Numbered from the stretch's first letter, positions 50,278-60,779 are shown. The stretch: 64,000 nt of DNA from Leptolinea sp. (GCA_012798535.1 JAAZMZ010000017.1:7698-71697), one strand, 5' to 3'. The notes: generated by a model not told the origin, from the letters alone. Program-made: numbers and translations.

Positions 50278-50384
50278 CTAAAATTGCCAATTGATCTTCG
50301 GAATATTAAATAAGTATAACCAAAATCAGAGTGGTAGCGTAATTCCGGGTCAATAAGAAGACCTGAATCGGCCCGATTTTCTTT

Positions 50385-50705
50385 CTACAGCGATCTCAAT
50401 TTCTTTTCAAGAGTTGGTAGATCTTTAATCAGGATGTCCCAGACTATTGGAAGTTTTATCTAATCATACCCGTGAATAATTACATTTCGGGTACCAATCA
50501 TGGATGACCAGGGTATTTCCGGATAAATTTCCTGATATTCTTCTGGGATACTGTTTGCTGCTTCACCAAGTATGATTAAATTGAACATGACCGCGTCCTG
50601 GGTTTTCCCATCCAATTCAAATTCTTAAAAAGAGGTCATGTGAAATGAGTTGATCTCCTCTATGGCATGTATCATATCGGAAATCAGCTTTTCAGTAGTT
50701 TTCAT
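50385..50705 (-). pseudogene. HepT (DUF86, HEPN RNase) toxin pseudogene with two in-frame stops
   Basis: MKTTEK...TSF*EFELDGKTQDAV...IILGEAA...PEIPW...RNVIIHGYD*IK...LRSL; TAA at 50627-50625, TAG at 50462-50460. Confidence 0.88.
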
Positions 50706-51001
50706 AATGGGAGAGAATCTCTCAAGAGGTTATTTACAAAGTGCTCATCGTTTAACCGTGACAACAATTCTCTCGGGACAGCGTCAACAGAAATACCCAG
50801 GATTTTTTCCGCTTCATAGGTAAAACCGGCGATGCCGAAAAGCGATGCGCCTTCCTTTATATCCAGTAGGAAATCCACATCGCTTTTTTGAGAAGAATCA
50901 CCCCTTGCTATTGAGCCAAATATGGAAATCCTAGCTATTCCAAATTTTCTGGCAATAGTGTACAGCTGAGGCGATAATTTTCGGATCTGATCGATGTTCA
51001 T
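50702..51001 (-). CDS. MntA-type minimal nucleotidyltransferase antitoxin
   Basis: IFGSIARGDSSQKSDVDFL motif; ATGA-coupled to hepT; ATG 51001 preferred. Confidence 0.88.
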   Translation of the reverse strand: MNIDQIRKLSPQLYTIARKFGIARISIFGSIARGDSSQKSDVDFLLDIKEGASLFGIAGFTYEAEKILGISVDAVPRELLSRLNDEHFVNNLLRDSLPL

Positions 51002-51032
51002 ATCAAAATTATACATACCTGATCGGGGAACT

Positions 51033-53105
51033 TCACTTATTGGGAATGTAGCGGTACAAACCCGAACCCCATACATCCTTGATGAATTCCACCCGATATT
51101 TAAACAACCCCATATAGGGATCGGAACTGGTGATCATGTATTTGTTCCCGTGCAAGTATTGCATCCTGACCTCATCCATATACAGGTTGGCTTTTCCCTG
51201 CTTCAACAGATGGAAATAATAAGTCGAATTCATCAATCCATCCAGATTGATGATGGTGCGGTCGTGAATAAAATAGGCTACCACGCCGCCTCCGGTTGAC
51301 CCGATGATCGCTCCCGGGGGCGTTTCATCTTCCAGCGCTTCGACGCCGGCCAGATACAGATATTCATTATCGGCATCGACGATCGGCGGCACGAAACTGA
51401 CCAGATCAGTCACGTAGAAATAAAAAAGAAAAATCGAAATGAAAACAATGATCGTCTGCTGGATATTCTTTGGCACCCGCATGCGGGAGAAAACCTGCAG
51501 ACCGGCGTCGAATAAAATGCCTCCGCATAGAACCAGTAAGACCATTTCCTGCACCCAGTACCAGGGACGGGTATTCACATAACTGGTACCCATATAAGAA
51601 GCGATCTGACACAGGCAGCCGGCAAACAGAGCAGGAACGGCCAGCGCCCCAGTCGTCTGGATGATCTTTTTGCGGTAAAGATAGACCAGCGCGACGGCGG
51701 CCAGCCCGGTCATGATCCAGCTCATGGTCATCTGGTTGTAATAAGGATTATCATAGATTGTCATTCCGGCTTTTTCGGCGGCTTCTTCTATGGGGGTATT
51801 TATGATCGAAAGGAGAGGATTCCAGGGTCCGCGCTCATTTTCCGGGAAACCCAGTAAGCCTTGCCACACTTGATTCGGCCTGCCATACACCGTGTTGGGT
51901 AGCGATCCCCACCACTGTTTGATCTGCCCGCTGACCGGTGCTGGAGTGCCAAAATAAAAATAGTTGAAACAGAAATAAGCGCCCATTAGCACGGCAACCG
52001 GCATGGCATAGCCGATTCCCTCCGGCAGCCAGTGATTCCACGAGCGTAATCCGATTCCGATCATTTGCCTGCCGGATTCGCGTTGGATCACCCACCGGTC
52101 CGCCAGATGAACAACTATCAGGATGACCAGAGAAATTACCAGGTCGGCAACCAGAACCAGCCGCGGATACCCCGCAAGGAATTTCCCAGCTGTCATTCCG
52201 GTCAACAGCGCGAAGGCAAATCCGTCGGCCAGCAGAATCCCGGCTGCCACTCTCCAGATTAAATTCAACCAGGATTTTTCCCCACGCGCTTTGTATACTC
52301 CCAGCAGTTCAAACAGGATCGGCTTCCCCAGCATGGAAACAGCCAGCACCACATATACTGAGGAGGAATATTGATAATACTCCCCGCCGGGTTTTAACCG
52401 CCAGAAGGCTGCGGCAATGGGAATGAGATAACAAAAGGCCATGTCGATCAATAGCAGTGCATTCAGACGGCTGCGCCGGAATACAAGCCAGATGCCGATC
52501 ATCCCCACCAGGAAGATGTTATCCAGCCGGCTGAGAATGGTCAGGACGGCAATGAGTCCGGTGGGCAGTACCTGCCTGATCCGCTCGTTCCATGGGCCTT
52601 CTTCCACCGGTTGATAGCCAGAAACTTTGAACAGGAGGAACACGATAAAGAAGGCGCTGATGGTGCTTTCCATACCGAGGCGAGAGGTGACCCCCTGAAT
52701 ACCAGGTGTCAACAACCAGAGGAGCGCTGTTATCACGGCCGCCGGTTGACTGATCACCTTTTTTGTCATGCGGTACAGGAGAATGCCGGTTCCGGCATTG
52801 AAAAAACCGGCCACCAGCACCAGAACCCGAAGAGGAAGCACCAGATCAAACCGCGCCAGGCTGAACACCGGAATGCATACCAGCATCCACAACGGATGAA
52901 AGCCGCTGGACCGGCCAATTCGATCAAAGGTCAGTCCGTAGCCTTCAGAAACATTTTGCGCGGTCTTGAAATAATAAAACGCATCATCGGTGCTGTACCA
53001 GTTCATCAAGCTGTTCGCCGGAGCCCATACCACGTAGAGCGAAGAAATCAGAACGATGGTAACAATAATCAATTCGAATGTATTGGCTGACAGAAATTTT
53101 TTCAC
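51033..53105 (-). CDS. Polytopic GT-C-like membrane glycosyltransferase
   Basis: STDDAFYY, GFHPLW, LGMES, SRLD, GTPAPVSG, INLDGL. Confidence 0.7.
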   Translation of the reverse strand: MKKFLSANTFELIIVTIVLISSLYVVWAPANSLMNWYSTDDAFYYFKTAQNVSEGYGLTFDRIGRSSGFHPLWMLVCIPVFSLARFDLVLPLRVLVLVAGFFNAGTGILLYRMTKKVISQPAAVITALLWLLTPGIQGVTSRLGMESTISAFFIVFLLFKVSGYQPVEEGPWNERIRQVLPTGLIAVLTILSRLDNIFLVGMIGIWLVFRRSRLNALLLIDMAFCYLIPIAAAFWRLKPGGEYYQYSSSVYVVLAVSMLGKPILFELLGVYKARGEKSWLNLIWRVAAGILLADGFAFALLTGMTAGKFLAGYPRLVLVADLVISLVILIVVHLADRWVIQRESGRQMIGIGLRSWNHWLPEGIGYAMPVAVLMGAYFCFNYFYFGTPAPVSGQIKQWWGSLPNTVYGRPNQVWQGLLGFPENERGPWNPLLSIINTPIEEAAEKAGMTIYDNPYYNQMTMSWIMTGLAAVALVYLYRKKIIQTTGALAVPALFAGCLCQIASYMGTSYVNTRPWYWVQEMVLLVLCGGILFDAGLQVFSRMRVPKNIQQTIIVFISIFLFYFYVTDLVSFVPPIVDADNEYLYLAGVEALEDETPPGAIIGSTGGGVVAYFIHDRTIINLDGLMNSTYYFHLLKQGKANLYMDEVRMQYLHGNKYMITSSDPYMGLFKYRVEFIKDVWGSGLYRYIPNK

Positions 53106-53212
53106 GATGGATCCAGAAACCGGGGATAGGATGAATTTTACCAGCAGGTGCAGGCCAAATCCGGCCGGTCTCGAATGCTATAATTTTTCAAAATTTTTTA
53201 TATGAGGATCCA

Positions 53213-53719
53213 ATGAAAACACCTTTATCGTTCTTAAACAATGGGATTGCCCAGGTTTGCATCATCGTTCCGGAGCTTGAACCTGTGGTGGAAGCCTATT
53301 ATCGATTATTTGGAATTGGTCCCTGGCATTTCTATACTTATAAAAAACCGTTTGTGAAAGAAATGCATTATCAGGGAAAATCGGCGGACTATTGCATGCG
53401 GGTTGCTCTCTCCAATTTTGGACCGATGCGCATCGAACTGATCGAACCGGTGGCAGGCGAATCGGTCTACGCCGATTTTGTAAGGGAACACGGTTATGGT
53501 GTACACCACTTCGGGTTACTGACCGATGATATGAAGTCTGCTCTGAGAGAGGCGGAAGAAGCCGGTCTGCCTATGACAATGGATGGCTCGGGTTTCGGGG
53601 CGGATGGCGATGGGCATTTCGCCTATTTGGATACGGAGAAATTTCTCGGGGTAACACTGGAATTGATAGAACGCCCCGGGAAACGGATAAAACCGGAAAA
53701 AATCTACCCGCCTGAATGA
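53213..53719 (+). CDS. VOC family protein (methylmalonyl-CoA epimerase/glyoxalase-like)
   Basis: QVCIIV, IELIEP, GVHHFG, FAYLDT, LELIE. Confidence 0.85.
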   Translation: MKTPLSFLNNGIAQVCIIVPELEPVVEAYYRLFGIGPWHFYTYKKPFVKEMHYQGKSADYCMRVALSNFGPMRIELIEPVAGESVYADFVREHGYGVHHFGLLTDDMKSALREAEEAGLPMTMDGSGFGADGDGHFAYLDTEKFLGVTLELIERPGKRIKPEKIYPPE

Positions 53720-53789
53720 TCCATCCCAGACATAACACCAATCCACAAAGTGGAAAGGTAAGGGATATATGGAATTTAACTGCACGGTT

Positions 53790-54620
53790 TCAACGCGCGT
53801 AACTGTCGAGTACGTCCCTCAACACATGCGGAAAATCGGTGAAAATCCCGCTCACCCCGGCTTTAATCAATTTACGCATGGACGTTTCTTTATTCACCGT
53901 CCAGACAAAGACATCGAAACCCTGCTCGCGTATGCTGCGGATCACGCGGGGATTTGCCAGCCGGATACCGGGATTATACGACTGTGCTTTTGTCTGCTGT
54001 AGATGCGCCAGCGGGTTCAAATCCAACCATTCGACCAACGCACCCGTCTTTATTTCAGGGGAAATTTCCTTGATCCGAGTAATATATTGATGGTTAAATG
54101 AAGACAACCAGACCTGATCTTCCATCCGCATTTCTTTGATCATACCCACCACGGCTTCGACAATACTGTTCGCTCCGGGTATTCCCCGCAGATCTTTGAT
54201 TTCCACATTGATCTGCCAGTGGTTCTCTTTTGTAAATTGAAGCGCTTCACGCAGGGTGAGGATCGGTTCGCCAACGAAAGCTTTCAATTCATCCGGTTGT
54301 AAAACCCCGTTCTTGATCTGCTTAAATGGATCCGTGGAAAGGAACCAGGAGCCAAAATCCAGTTTTTGCAATTCTTCAAACGTGAATGTCTGCAATTTCC
54401 ATGGTTTGCGATTCGGATAAACAGAACTGGCATTGGACGTCCGCCGGAGGGACTCATCATGCAAGATCACCGGAACGCCATCCGAGGTCAGGGCCACATC
54501 GCATTCCCAGAGATCCGCGCCACATTCCAGAGCTTTTCTGGCGGCTGCCAATGTGTTTTCTGGTGCCAGTGAACGGGCACCGCGGTGAGCAATATTCAAT
54601 ATCCTGGGTCGTATCAACAT
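53790..54620 (-). CDS. Glycerophosphodiester phosphodiesterase
   Basis: IAHRGA, PENT, ECDV, HD, EIK, WTVN, TDFP. Confidence 0.92.
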   Translation of the reverse strand: MLIRPRILNIAHRGARSLAPENTLAAARKALECGADLWECDVALTSDGVPVILHDESLRRTSNASSVYPNRKPWKLQTFTFEELQKLDFGSWFLSTDPFKQIKNGVLQPDELKAFVGEPILTLREALQFTKENHWQINVEIKDLRGIPGANSIVEAVVGMIKEMRMEDQVWLSSFNHQYITRIKEISPEIKTGALVEWLDLNPLAHLQQTKAQSYNPGIRLANPRVIRSIREQGFDVFVWTVNKETSMRKLIKAGVSGIFTDFPHVLRDVLDSYAR

Positions 54621-54731
54621 GTTTACCTTTTAATACTATTTTTAATAGTTTAGCAAAATCAAACAAATTGAGGAAATGGCATGCAGATGGGATGATACAC
54701 CGGGAATCATAAATTTTGAGGCAGAAATGGG

Positions 54732-54775
54732 GAATCTGATATAAAACTAATAGAAATCTGACAGGAATCAGACAG
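54732..54775 (+). repeat. Four tandem imperfect 11-bp direct repeats upstream of clpB
   Basis: GAATCTGATAT / AAAACTAATAG / AAATCTGACAG / GAATCAGACAG. Confidence 0.65.
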
Positions 54776-54823
54776 ACCGCGATTACCCTCTCACTGATAA
54801 TTACATGGAAGGGAGAATCCCTT

Positions 54824-57412
54824 ATGAACCTCGATAAATTCACCCAAAAAGCTCAGGAAGCCATTCTGCAATCTCAACGATTGGCAGGCGATCTGGGGCA
54901 TCAAATCATAGAACCCACTCACATTTTGCTGGCATTATTGATCCAGCCGGATGGTGTGGTTCCCGCACTGATTACACGGATTTCCGGAAGTACTGCCGGC
55001 CTGATGTCTGAACTGCAGAAAGACCTTGAATCAAAACCCAGAGTCTCAGGTCCGGGTGCGGGAGAGTCATCCCTGTCACGGATTTCCGCAGATATACTGA
55101 CCGCGGCGGAGAAATTCGCGCGCGGCATGCAGGATGATTACACCTCCACCGAGCATATCCTGCTGGCCATGACGGAAAGCCCGGAAGCCAGACGGCTGGA
55201 GCAGTTTGGCATCACCAAAGATGCGATTCTCAAAGCTCTGGTAGCCGTCCGTGGATCACAGCGGGTATCCTCTCAGAACCCGGAAAGCACTTACCAGTCG
55301 CTGGAAAAATACGGGCGCGATCTAACGGCCATGGCACGCCAGGGCAAACTGGACCCGGTCATCGGGCGCGATGAGGAGATCCGCCGTGTTGTGCAAATCC
55401 TTTCACGGCGTACCAAGAATAACCCGGCGCTGATCGGCGAACCCGGTGTCGGCAAGACGGCCGTCGTGGAAGGTCTGGCGCAGCGTATGGTCAACGGTGA
55501 CGTACCGGAGGGTCTTAAGAATAAACGCCTGGTGCAGCTCGATTTGGGCGCGTTGATTGCCGGAGCCAAATACCGCGGCGAGTTCGAGGAACGCCTGAAG
55601 GCTGTTCTCAAAGAAATCAGTGAATCTTCGGGTGAGATCATTCTATTCATTGATGAAATGCACACCGTGGTGGGCGCGGGCGCGGCGGAAGGTGCTATGG
55701 ATGCCGGCAACATGCTTAAACCAATGCTGGCGCGCGGTGAACTGCATTTAATCGGCGCCACCACGCTGGACGAATACCGCAAGAATGTGGAAAAGGACCC
55801 TGCGTTGGAACGTCGTTTTCAACCGGTGGTTGTAGATGAACCAGATGTCGAAGATACCATCAGTATTTTACGCGGCCTGAAACAACGCTATGAGGTTCAT
55901 CATGGAGTGCGTATTACCGATGCCGCGGTGATCGCGGCAGCCACTCTTTCCAACCGCTATATCACCGACCGGCACCTGCCGGATAAGGCCATCGACCTGA
56001 TCGATGAAGCGGCCGCCCGCCTGCGTACCGAGATCGATTCAAAACCCCAGTCTCTTGATGAGGTTGACCGGCAGATCATGCAGATGGAGATCGAACGTCA
56101 GGCACTTCAGAAGGAAAAGGATAAGGCGTCCAGGGAACGTCTTCACAAGATCGAAGCAGATCTGGCCAACCTTAAAGAGCAATCCGCCCAGATGACCGCC
56201 CGCTGGCAGAACGAAAAGACCGCCATCGCCAACCTGCGGAAGGTGAAAGAAGAGACCGAACAGACTCTGCAGGAAGTGGAAAAAGCCGAACGCCGGGCTG
56301 ACCTGGAAACAGCCGCGCGGCTGCGCTACGGCACCCTGCGCGACCTGGAAAATAGGCAAAAAGAGGCCGACCAGAAATTGAAACAGCTTCAGGAACAGGG
56401 AGCCCTGTTGAAAGAGGAAGTAGATGCCGAAGAGATCGCCGAGATCATTTCAAGCTGGACGCATATCCCGGTCTCACGGTTGATGGAAGGCGAGACTCTG
56501 AAACTGCTTCACATGGAAGACCGCTTGCACGAACGTGTGATCGGACAGGAAGACGCGCTGCGGGTGGTCTCCAACGCCGTACGGCGGGCGCGAGCCGGCC
56601 TTCAAGATCCCAACCGCCCCATCGGTTCATTTATATTCCTTGGCCCCACCGGGGTGGGGAAAACCGAACTTGCCCGGGCTCTGGCATTGTTCCTGTTTGA
56701 TGATGAACATGCCATGATCCGTATTGACATGAGCGAATATCAGGAGAAACACACTGTCTCGCGGCTTATCGGCGCTCCTCCGGGATACGTGGGATATGAG
56801 GAAGGCGGCCAGTTGACAGAAGCGGTCCGCCGCCGTCCTTACAGCGTCATCCTGTTCGATGAAATTGAAAAAGCGCACAGTGAGGTCTTCAACGTGCTTC
56901 TGCAATTGCTGGATGACGGGCGTCTAACCGATGGGCAGGGACGTACGGTAGACTTTCGCAACACGGTGGTCATTATGACCAGCAACCTGGGCGGTGAATT
57001 ATGGCTTGACCGCGAGAAACCGATCCAGCGCGATGAGATCACCCGTGTACTGCAGGCGCATTTCCGCCCTGAATTTCTCAACCGCATTGATGAGATTGTG
57101 GTCTTTCACGCGCTCACACGTGAGGATATTGCTGAAATCGTGGGCATACAATTGAAGCGTGTAGCCCAACTGCTCGCGGAAAAGGGATTCGGTCTGGAAG
57201 TGACCCCGGCCGCCCGCCTTTGGCTGGGAGAAACCGGTTATGACCCCGATTTTGGCGCCCGGCCGTTGAAACGCGCCATCCAGCGTGAATTACAGGATCC
57301 CCTGGCATTGAAGATCCTCGCCGGGGATTTTAAGCAGGGTGAAACCATCTTCGTGGATCGCTCCGGCGATACACTGACCTTCACACCACTGGTCAAACCG
57401 GTTGAAGATTAA
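54824..57412 (+). CDS. clpB: ATP-dependent disaggregase ClpB
   Basis: Two AAA+ domains ([16 protein letters not shown]), long coiled-coil M domain, [16 protein letters not shown]. Confidence 0.97.
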   Translation: MNLDKFTQKAQEAILQSQRLAGDLGHQIIEPTHILLALLIQPDGVVPALITRISGSTAGLMSELQKDLESKPRVSGPGAGESSLSRISADILTAAEKFARGMQDDYTSTEHILLAMTESPEARRLEQFGITKDAILKALVAVRGSQRVSSQNPESTYQSLEKYGRDLTAMARQGKLDPVIGRDEEIRRVVQILSRRTKNNPALIGEPGVGKTAVVEGLAQRMVNGDVPEGLKNKRLVQLDLGALIAGAKYRGEFEERLKAVLKEISESSGEIILFIDEMHTVVGAGAAEGAMDAGNMLKPMLARGELHLIGATTLDEYRKNVEKDPALERRFQPVVVDEPDVEDTISILRGLKQRYEVHHGVRITDAAVIAAATLSNRYITDRHLPDKAIDLIDEAAARLRTEIDSKPQSLDEVDRQIMQMEIERQALQKEKDKASRERLHKIEADLANLKEQSAQMTARWQNEKTAIANLRKVKEETEQTLQEVEKAERRADLETAARLRYGTLRDLENRQKEADQKLKQLQEQGALLKEEVDAEEIAEIISSWTHIPVSRLMEGETLKLLHMEDRLHERVIGQEDALRVVSNAVRRARAGLQDPNRPIGSFIFLGPTGVGKTELARALALFLFDDEHAMIRIDMSEYQEKHTVSRLIGAPPGYVGYEEGGQLTEAVRRRPYSVILFDEIEKAHSEVFNVLLQLLDDGRLTDGQGRTVDFRNTVVIMTSNLGGELWLDREKPIQRDEITRVLQAHFRPEFLNRIDEIVVFHALTREDIAEIVGIQLKRVAQLLAEKGFGLEVTPAARLWLGETGYDPDFGARPLKRAIQRELQDPLALKILAGDFKQGETIFVDRSGDTLTFTPLVKPVED

Positions 57413-57445
57413 CGCTCTGTAACCATAGACAGGATCGCACATCCA

Positions 57446-58042
57446 ATGATTAACAGGACAACCTCAGAAGATGATCTGTTTGCCCGCTTTCGTTCATCCG
57501 ACCCGGCCCCGGCGTTGTCTGAACTATTCGATACCTATGCCGATCCGATTTACCGGCTGGCGGTGAATCTTCTGGGAGATGCGGACAGTGCGGAAGATGT
57601 TGTACAGGAAACATTTGTGTCTGCTATAACCCATCGTGAAACCTTTGAAGGCCGTTCCAGGCTAAGTTCGTGGCTGTATCGCATTGCTTACAATGCCGCT
57701 CTGGCCCGGCTTCGTTCCCGGCGTGAAGATCCTTTGCCGGAAGATGAACCGGACGAGGAATCATCCTTTCCTCTTCCACGTTCTCTCGTTGAATGGACTA
57801 TGACGCCGGAACAAATGCTGGCTGATTCAGAAGCAGCGGAACACCTTCAAAAAGCGATCCAATCTCTGCCTTTAAAATACCGGGTGGTTTTCTTCCTTCG
57901 TGATATGGAAGATCAACCCACCGCCCAGGTGGCTGAGGTGCTGGGATTGACCGAAACCGCGGTAAAAGTTCGACTGCACCGCGCCCGTCTGGCTTTGCGT
58001 GAGATATTGTCGGAATATTTTGCCGAAATGACCGGCGCCTGA
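57446..58042 (+). CDS. ECF RNA polymerase sigma factor
   Basis: AEDVVQETF, SSWLYRIAYN, AVKVRLHRAR. Confidence 0.92.
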   Translation: MINRTTSEDDLFARFRSSDPAPALSELFDTYADPIYRLAVNLLGDADSAEDVVQETFVSAITHRETFEGRSRLSSWLYRIAYNAALARLRSRREDPLPEDEPDEESSFPLPRSLVEWTMTPEQMLADSEAAEHLQKAIQSLPLKYRVVFFLRDMEDQPTAQVAEVLGLTETAVKVRLHRARLALREILSEYFAEMTGA

Positions 58043-58055
58043 AGAGGAGATACCC

Positions 58056-58295
58056 ATGAATTGCGAAGATATTGTTAAGTGCCTGTCAGATTATATCGAT
58101 GGAGATTTGCCGATAGAGATTTTGGAACAGGCGGAAAAGCACATGGCTGCCTGCCCGAATTGCACCACCGCGCTGCACACACTGCAGGAAACCATAGAGG
58201 CATACCGAATTTCAGGAAAAGCGCGCATCGCGCCGGAACACCGCGCTTCCCTGTTGTCAGCCATTCACGAGGCCGTCCAACATCATCAGGATTGA
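58056..58295 (+). CDS. Soluble zinc-binding anti-sigma factor (ZAS, zf-HC2)
   Basis: MNC...LSDYIDGDL...HMAACPNC (HxxxCxxC). Confidence 0.88.
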   Translation: MNCEDIVKCLSDYIDGDLPIEILEQAEKHMAACPNCTTALHTLQETIEAYRISGKARIAPEHRASLLSAIHEAVQHHQD

Positions 58296-58321
58296 TGCTT
58301 TCCATCCTCTGAATGGGAATA

Positions 58322-58349
58322 TGTAACTATTTGGGATATATTCTATCTT
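58322..58349 (+). promoter_or_regulatory. Putative ECF promoter of the DUF2892 gene
   Basis: TGTAAC-16-TATCTT, mirroring TGTAAC-16-CATCCA at 57418-57445. Confidence 0.55.
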
Positions 58350-58378
58350 ATAAGTAGCATATACTATTGGAGGAAAAA

Positions 58379-58573
58379 ATGAAAATGAATGAATCATCCA
58401 TCGATCGCGGCATTCGGATTGTTCTGGGAGTTGCTTTGCTCGTTCTGGGTTTTGGCGGTATGGTCACCGGAACGTGGGGGACAGTATTCAAGATCCTGGG
58501 TTTTATCCCCCTGCTCACAGGAATAATTGGTTATTGTCCAATATACAGTCTGTTGAAAATTAAAACCAATTAA
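58379..58573 (+). CDS. DUF2892 (YgaP-like) two-TM protein
   Basis: N...DRGIRIVLG, LLTGIIGYCPIYSLL; GGAGG RBS before ATG 58379. Confidence 0.85.
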   Translation: MKMNESSIDRGIRIVLGVALLVLGFGGMVTGTWGTVFKILGFIPLLTGIIGYCPIYSLLKIKTN

Positions 58574-58591
58574 CACCAGTCTGAATAGACA

Positions 58592-58623
58592 GACGATCCA
58601 TCTAAAATAGGTGGATCGTTTTT
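58592..58623 (+). terminator. Intrinsic terminator after the DUF2892 gene
   Basis: GACGATCCATCTA-AAA-TAGGTGGATCGTTTTT. Confidence 0.7.
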
Positions 58624-58644
58624 ATTATCATCAACATATAAGTC

Positions 58645-58675
58645 TTGACTCTCCAGCCACTGGAGGGATTAAGCT
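58645..58675 (+). promoter_or_regulatory. MerR-family promoter/operator
   Basis: TTGACT-19 nt-TAAGCT with dyad CTCCAG-CCA-CTGGAG in the spacer. Confidence 0.82.
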
Positions 58676-58716
58676 ATGCAGGCTGAAGATCACACATCAA
58701 GTAAAAGGAGAGATGA

Positions 58717-59766
58717 ATGACCTGTCTGCATTTGCCACATAAGGTGGCTGATTTCGCCTGTCCGATCAACGGGTTGGAGGATATGTACGAATGGAAAACC
58801 GGCTTCCGGCTGCCGGGGTATTTCCTGATGGACCTGAGCATGATGGGCTTTGGGTATATCAAACAGAAAAATGCTCCCTCACCCCGTCTTGTGTTCTGGG
58901 GAACCGGTACCGGCCGTCCCCAGCACGAATTGCTTGCCGATATCATTGGTTACTGCTGGACCTGTTCGGAAGGTAAAAGCTTTCCCGCCTCGTGGAAGCT
59001 GGTAAGGCAAAGCCTGGAACGGGGTTTTCCCGTTATTCTGGGGCTGATCGATATGTATCATCTTCCGTATTACCCGCGTTTCTACCACACCGTCCACATT
59101 CCACAACATTATGTGCTGCTCGTTGGTTGTGATGAAGTGAAGCAGGTTGCCTATGTTCAGGATAACGGGCTTACTGAAGTGCAGTCCATCCCGCTCACCG
59201 ATCTGAAGGAAGCCTGGAATGTGAATGTACCCAGACAGGGAAAAAAGAACACGCTCTTCATTCTGGAATTCAATGATCGAATTGCCACATTGGAAGAGAT
59301 TGTCACAAAAGGATTGAAAAAGAAAGCGAATCTGATCTTGAATCCGCCGGTGGGATTCATGGGCATCAAAGGCTTGCGTAAACTTTGTGCGGATATCACT
59401 AACTGGCCGCGTGAATTAACCGAAAAGCAGATGGAAGACAGCCTGACCTCGCTGGTAACATTTACCTGCAGTGTTGTTCCCATGCTGCCCCAGCGGCTGC
59501 TTCCCTTCAAGCTCAATCAACCGGACAACCACAACGCGGTTCGCGACCGCTTCTCGCGGGAACTGCTCGGATTCGCAGATCAATTCAATCATCCTGAATG
59601 GGAGGAACCTGCCAGTCTTCTGGCAAAGAGCGGACGCTTGATCGGCCAGCTTACAGAAATTTTCACAGATCAGCTCCTGAAGAAGAGCTATGACATGAAT
59701 GCGGCCGTTCCATTGATCACTGAGATTGCCGATTTGGAAAAAAAGGCTTTTCACCTGCTGGCTTGA
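58717..59766 (+). CDS. BtrH N-terminal domain (papain/C39-like) protein
   Basis: FACPINGL, PVILGLIDMYHLPYY, HYVLLVGCD, YVQDN, FMGIKGLRK; AAGGAG RBS. Confidence 0.72.
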   Translation: MTCLHLPHKVADFACPINGLEDMYEWKTGFRLPGYFLMDLSMMGFGYIKQKNAPSPRLVFWGTGTGRPQHELLADIIGYCWTCSEGKSFPASWKLVRQSLERGFPVILGLIDMYHLPYYPRFYHTVHIPQHYVLLVGCDEVKQVAYVQDNGLTEVQSIPLTDLKEAWNVNVPRQGKKNTLFILEFNDRIATLEEIVTKGLKKKANLILNPPVGFMGIKGLRKLCADITNWPRELTEKQMEDSLTSLVTFTCSVVPMLPQRLLPFKLNQPDNHNAVRDRFSRELLGFADQFNHPEWEEPASLLAKSGRLIGQLTEIFTDQLLKKSYDMNAAVPLITEIADLEKKAFHLLA

Positions 59767-59791
59767 GAACACCGGTATTGCATGATTCCTA

Positions 59792-59830
59792 ATAGCCCGT
59801 TGGATTATCACCGGGCTGTTTTCATTTTTT
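59792..59830 (+). terminator. Probable intrinsic terminator after the BtrH-like gene
   Basis: ATAGCCCG...CGGGCTGT followed by T-rich run. Confidence 0.55.
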
Positions 59831-59921
59831 CCGATGAGTTTATACAAAAGGAGTTGATTTACAGAAAAAATAAGGCAAAATATGAATAGGAAAGGAATAA
59901 GTAAAGAAACTGGAGAATAGT

Positions 59922-60779
59922 GTGGAATACTCGATCGGTGATTTTTCAAAAATCTGTCGCCTGGGTATAAAAACCCTGCGGTATTACCATGAAATCGGAC
60001 TGTTGATCCCCACACGGATTGATGTTTTCACATCATATCGCTATTACAATGAAAAGAACCTTGCTCGTGTTCAAACCATCAACCGTCTAAAAGAGCTGGG
60101 GTTTTCCCTCGAAACTATAAAAGAGATCCTTGAAAAATACAATGATGACCGGAGCCTGATCGCCTACATGCGAACCAGGCTGGCGGAAGTGGATGAGGAA
60201 ATGGCTGAAAATGCGGCCATTCGGGAAAAAATCGAAGCTTTCATCCGATCTGAAACCAGCATACCGGAACCGGAAGGAGAATTAACGGTCAAGGAGGTTC
60301 CAGATCTGTTCATGGCTTCCATCCGTTTTAAAGGCCAGTATTCCGAAATTAGCCGTCACATGACCCGGTTATCCGAAATATTCAACACGGTGGCCAATGG
60401 ACCGGCTTTCTGTCTGTATCATGACGAGCACCATGCCGACGAGAATATGAATATTGAATGCTGCATGCCGATCCGAAAAAAGATGCCGGCAGCGGGCATC
60501 AACTACACGACTCTCAAAGGCGGAAAAATGGTCTCCATCATGCACGAAGGGGATTATTCGACCATCTGGAAAGCCTATCAAAAGATCGTAGATTATCTGA
60601 ATAAAAGAAACCTACCCATCATGCCGCCTTCAAGAGAAATATACCTGAAAGGTGCAGGTAAAATATTGCCGGGAGATCCTGAAAAGTATCTCACGGAGAT
60701 CCAGTTCATTTTGAATGAGAATGAGGATGCTATTACCAAAACCATCAGGAATAAAATCGCGGTCAATATCCACGCCTAA
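59922..60779 (+). CDS. MerR-family regulator with GyrI-like ligand-binding domain (BmrR-like)
   Basis: YSIGDFSK...KTLRYYHEIGLL...YRYY; HEGDY, SREIYL, TEIQF. Confidence 0.9.
   Translation: MEYSIGDFSKICRLGIKTLRYYHEIGLLIPTRIDVFTSYRYYNEKNLARVQTINRLKELGFSLETIKEILEKYNDDRSLIAYMRTRLAEVDEEMAENAAIREKIEAFIRSETSIPEPEGELTVKEVPDLFMASIRFKGQYSEISRHMTRLSEIFNTVANGPAFCLYHDEHHADENMNIECCMPIRKKMPAAGINYTTLKGGKMVSIMHEGDYSTIWKAYQKIVDYLNKRNLPIMPPSREIYLKGAGKILPGDPEKYLTEIQFILNENEDAITKTIRNKIAVNIHA

Noticed and set aside
50385-50705. Stop-codon reassignment or pyrrolysine in hepT
   Set aside because: Two different stops (TAA, TAG) are involved, and both terminate ordinary genes in this window; pseudogenisation is simpler.
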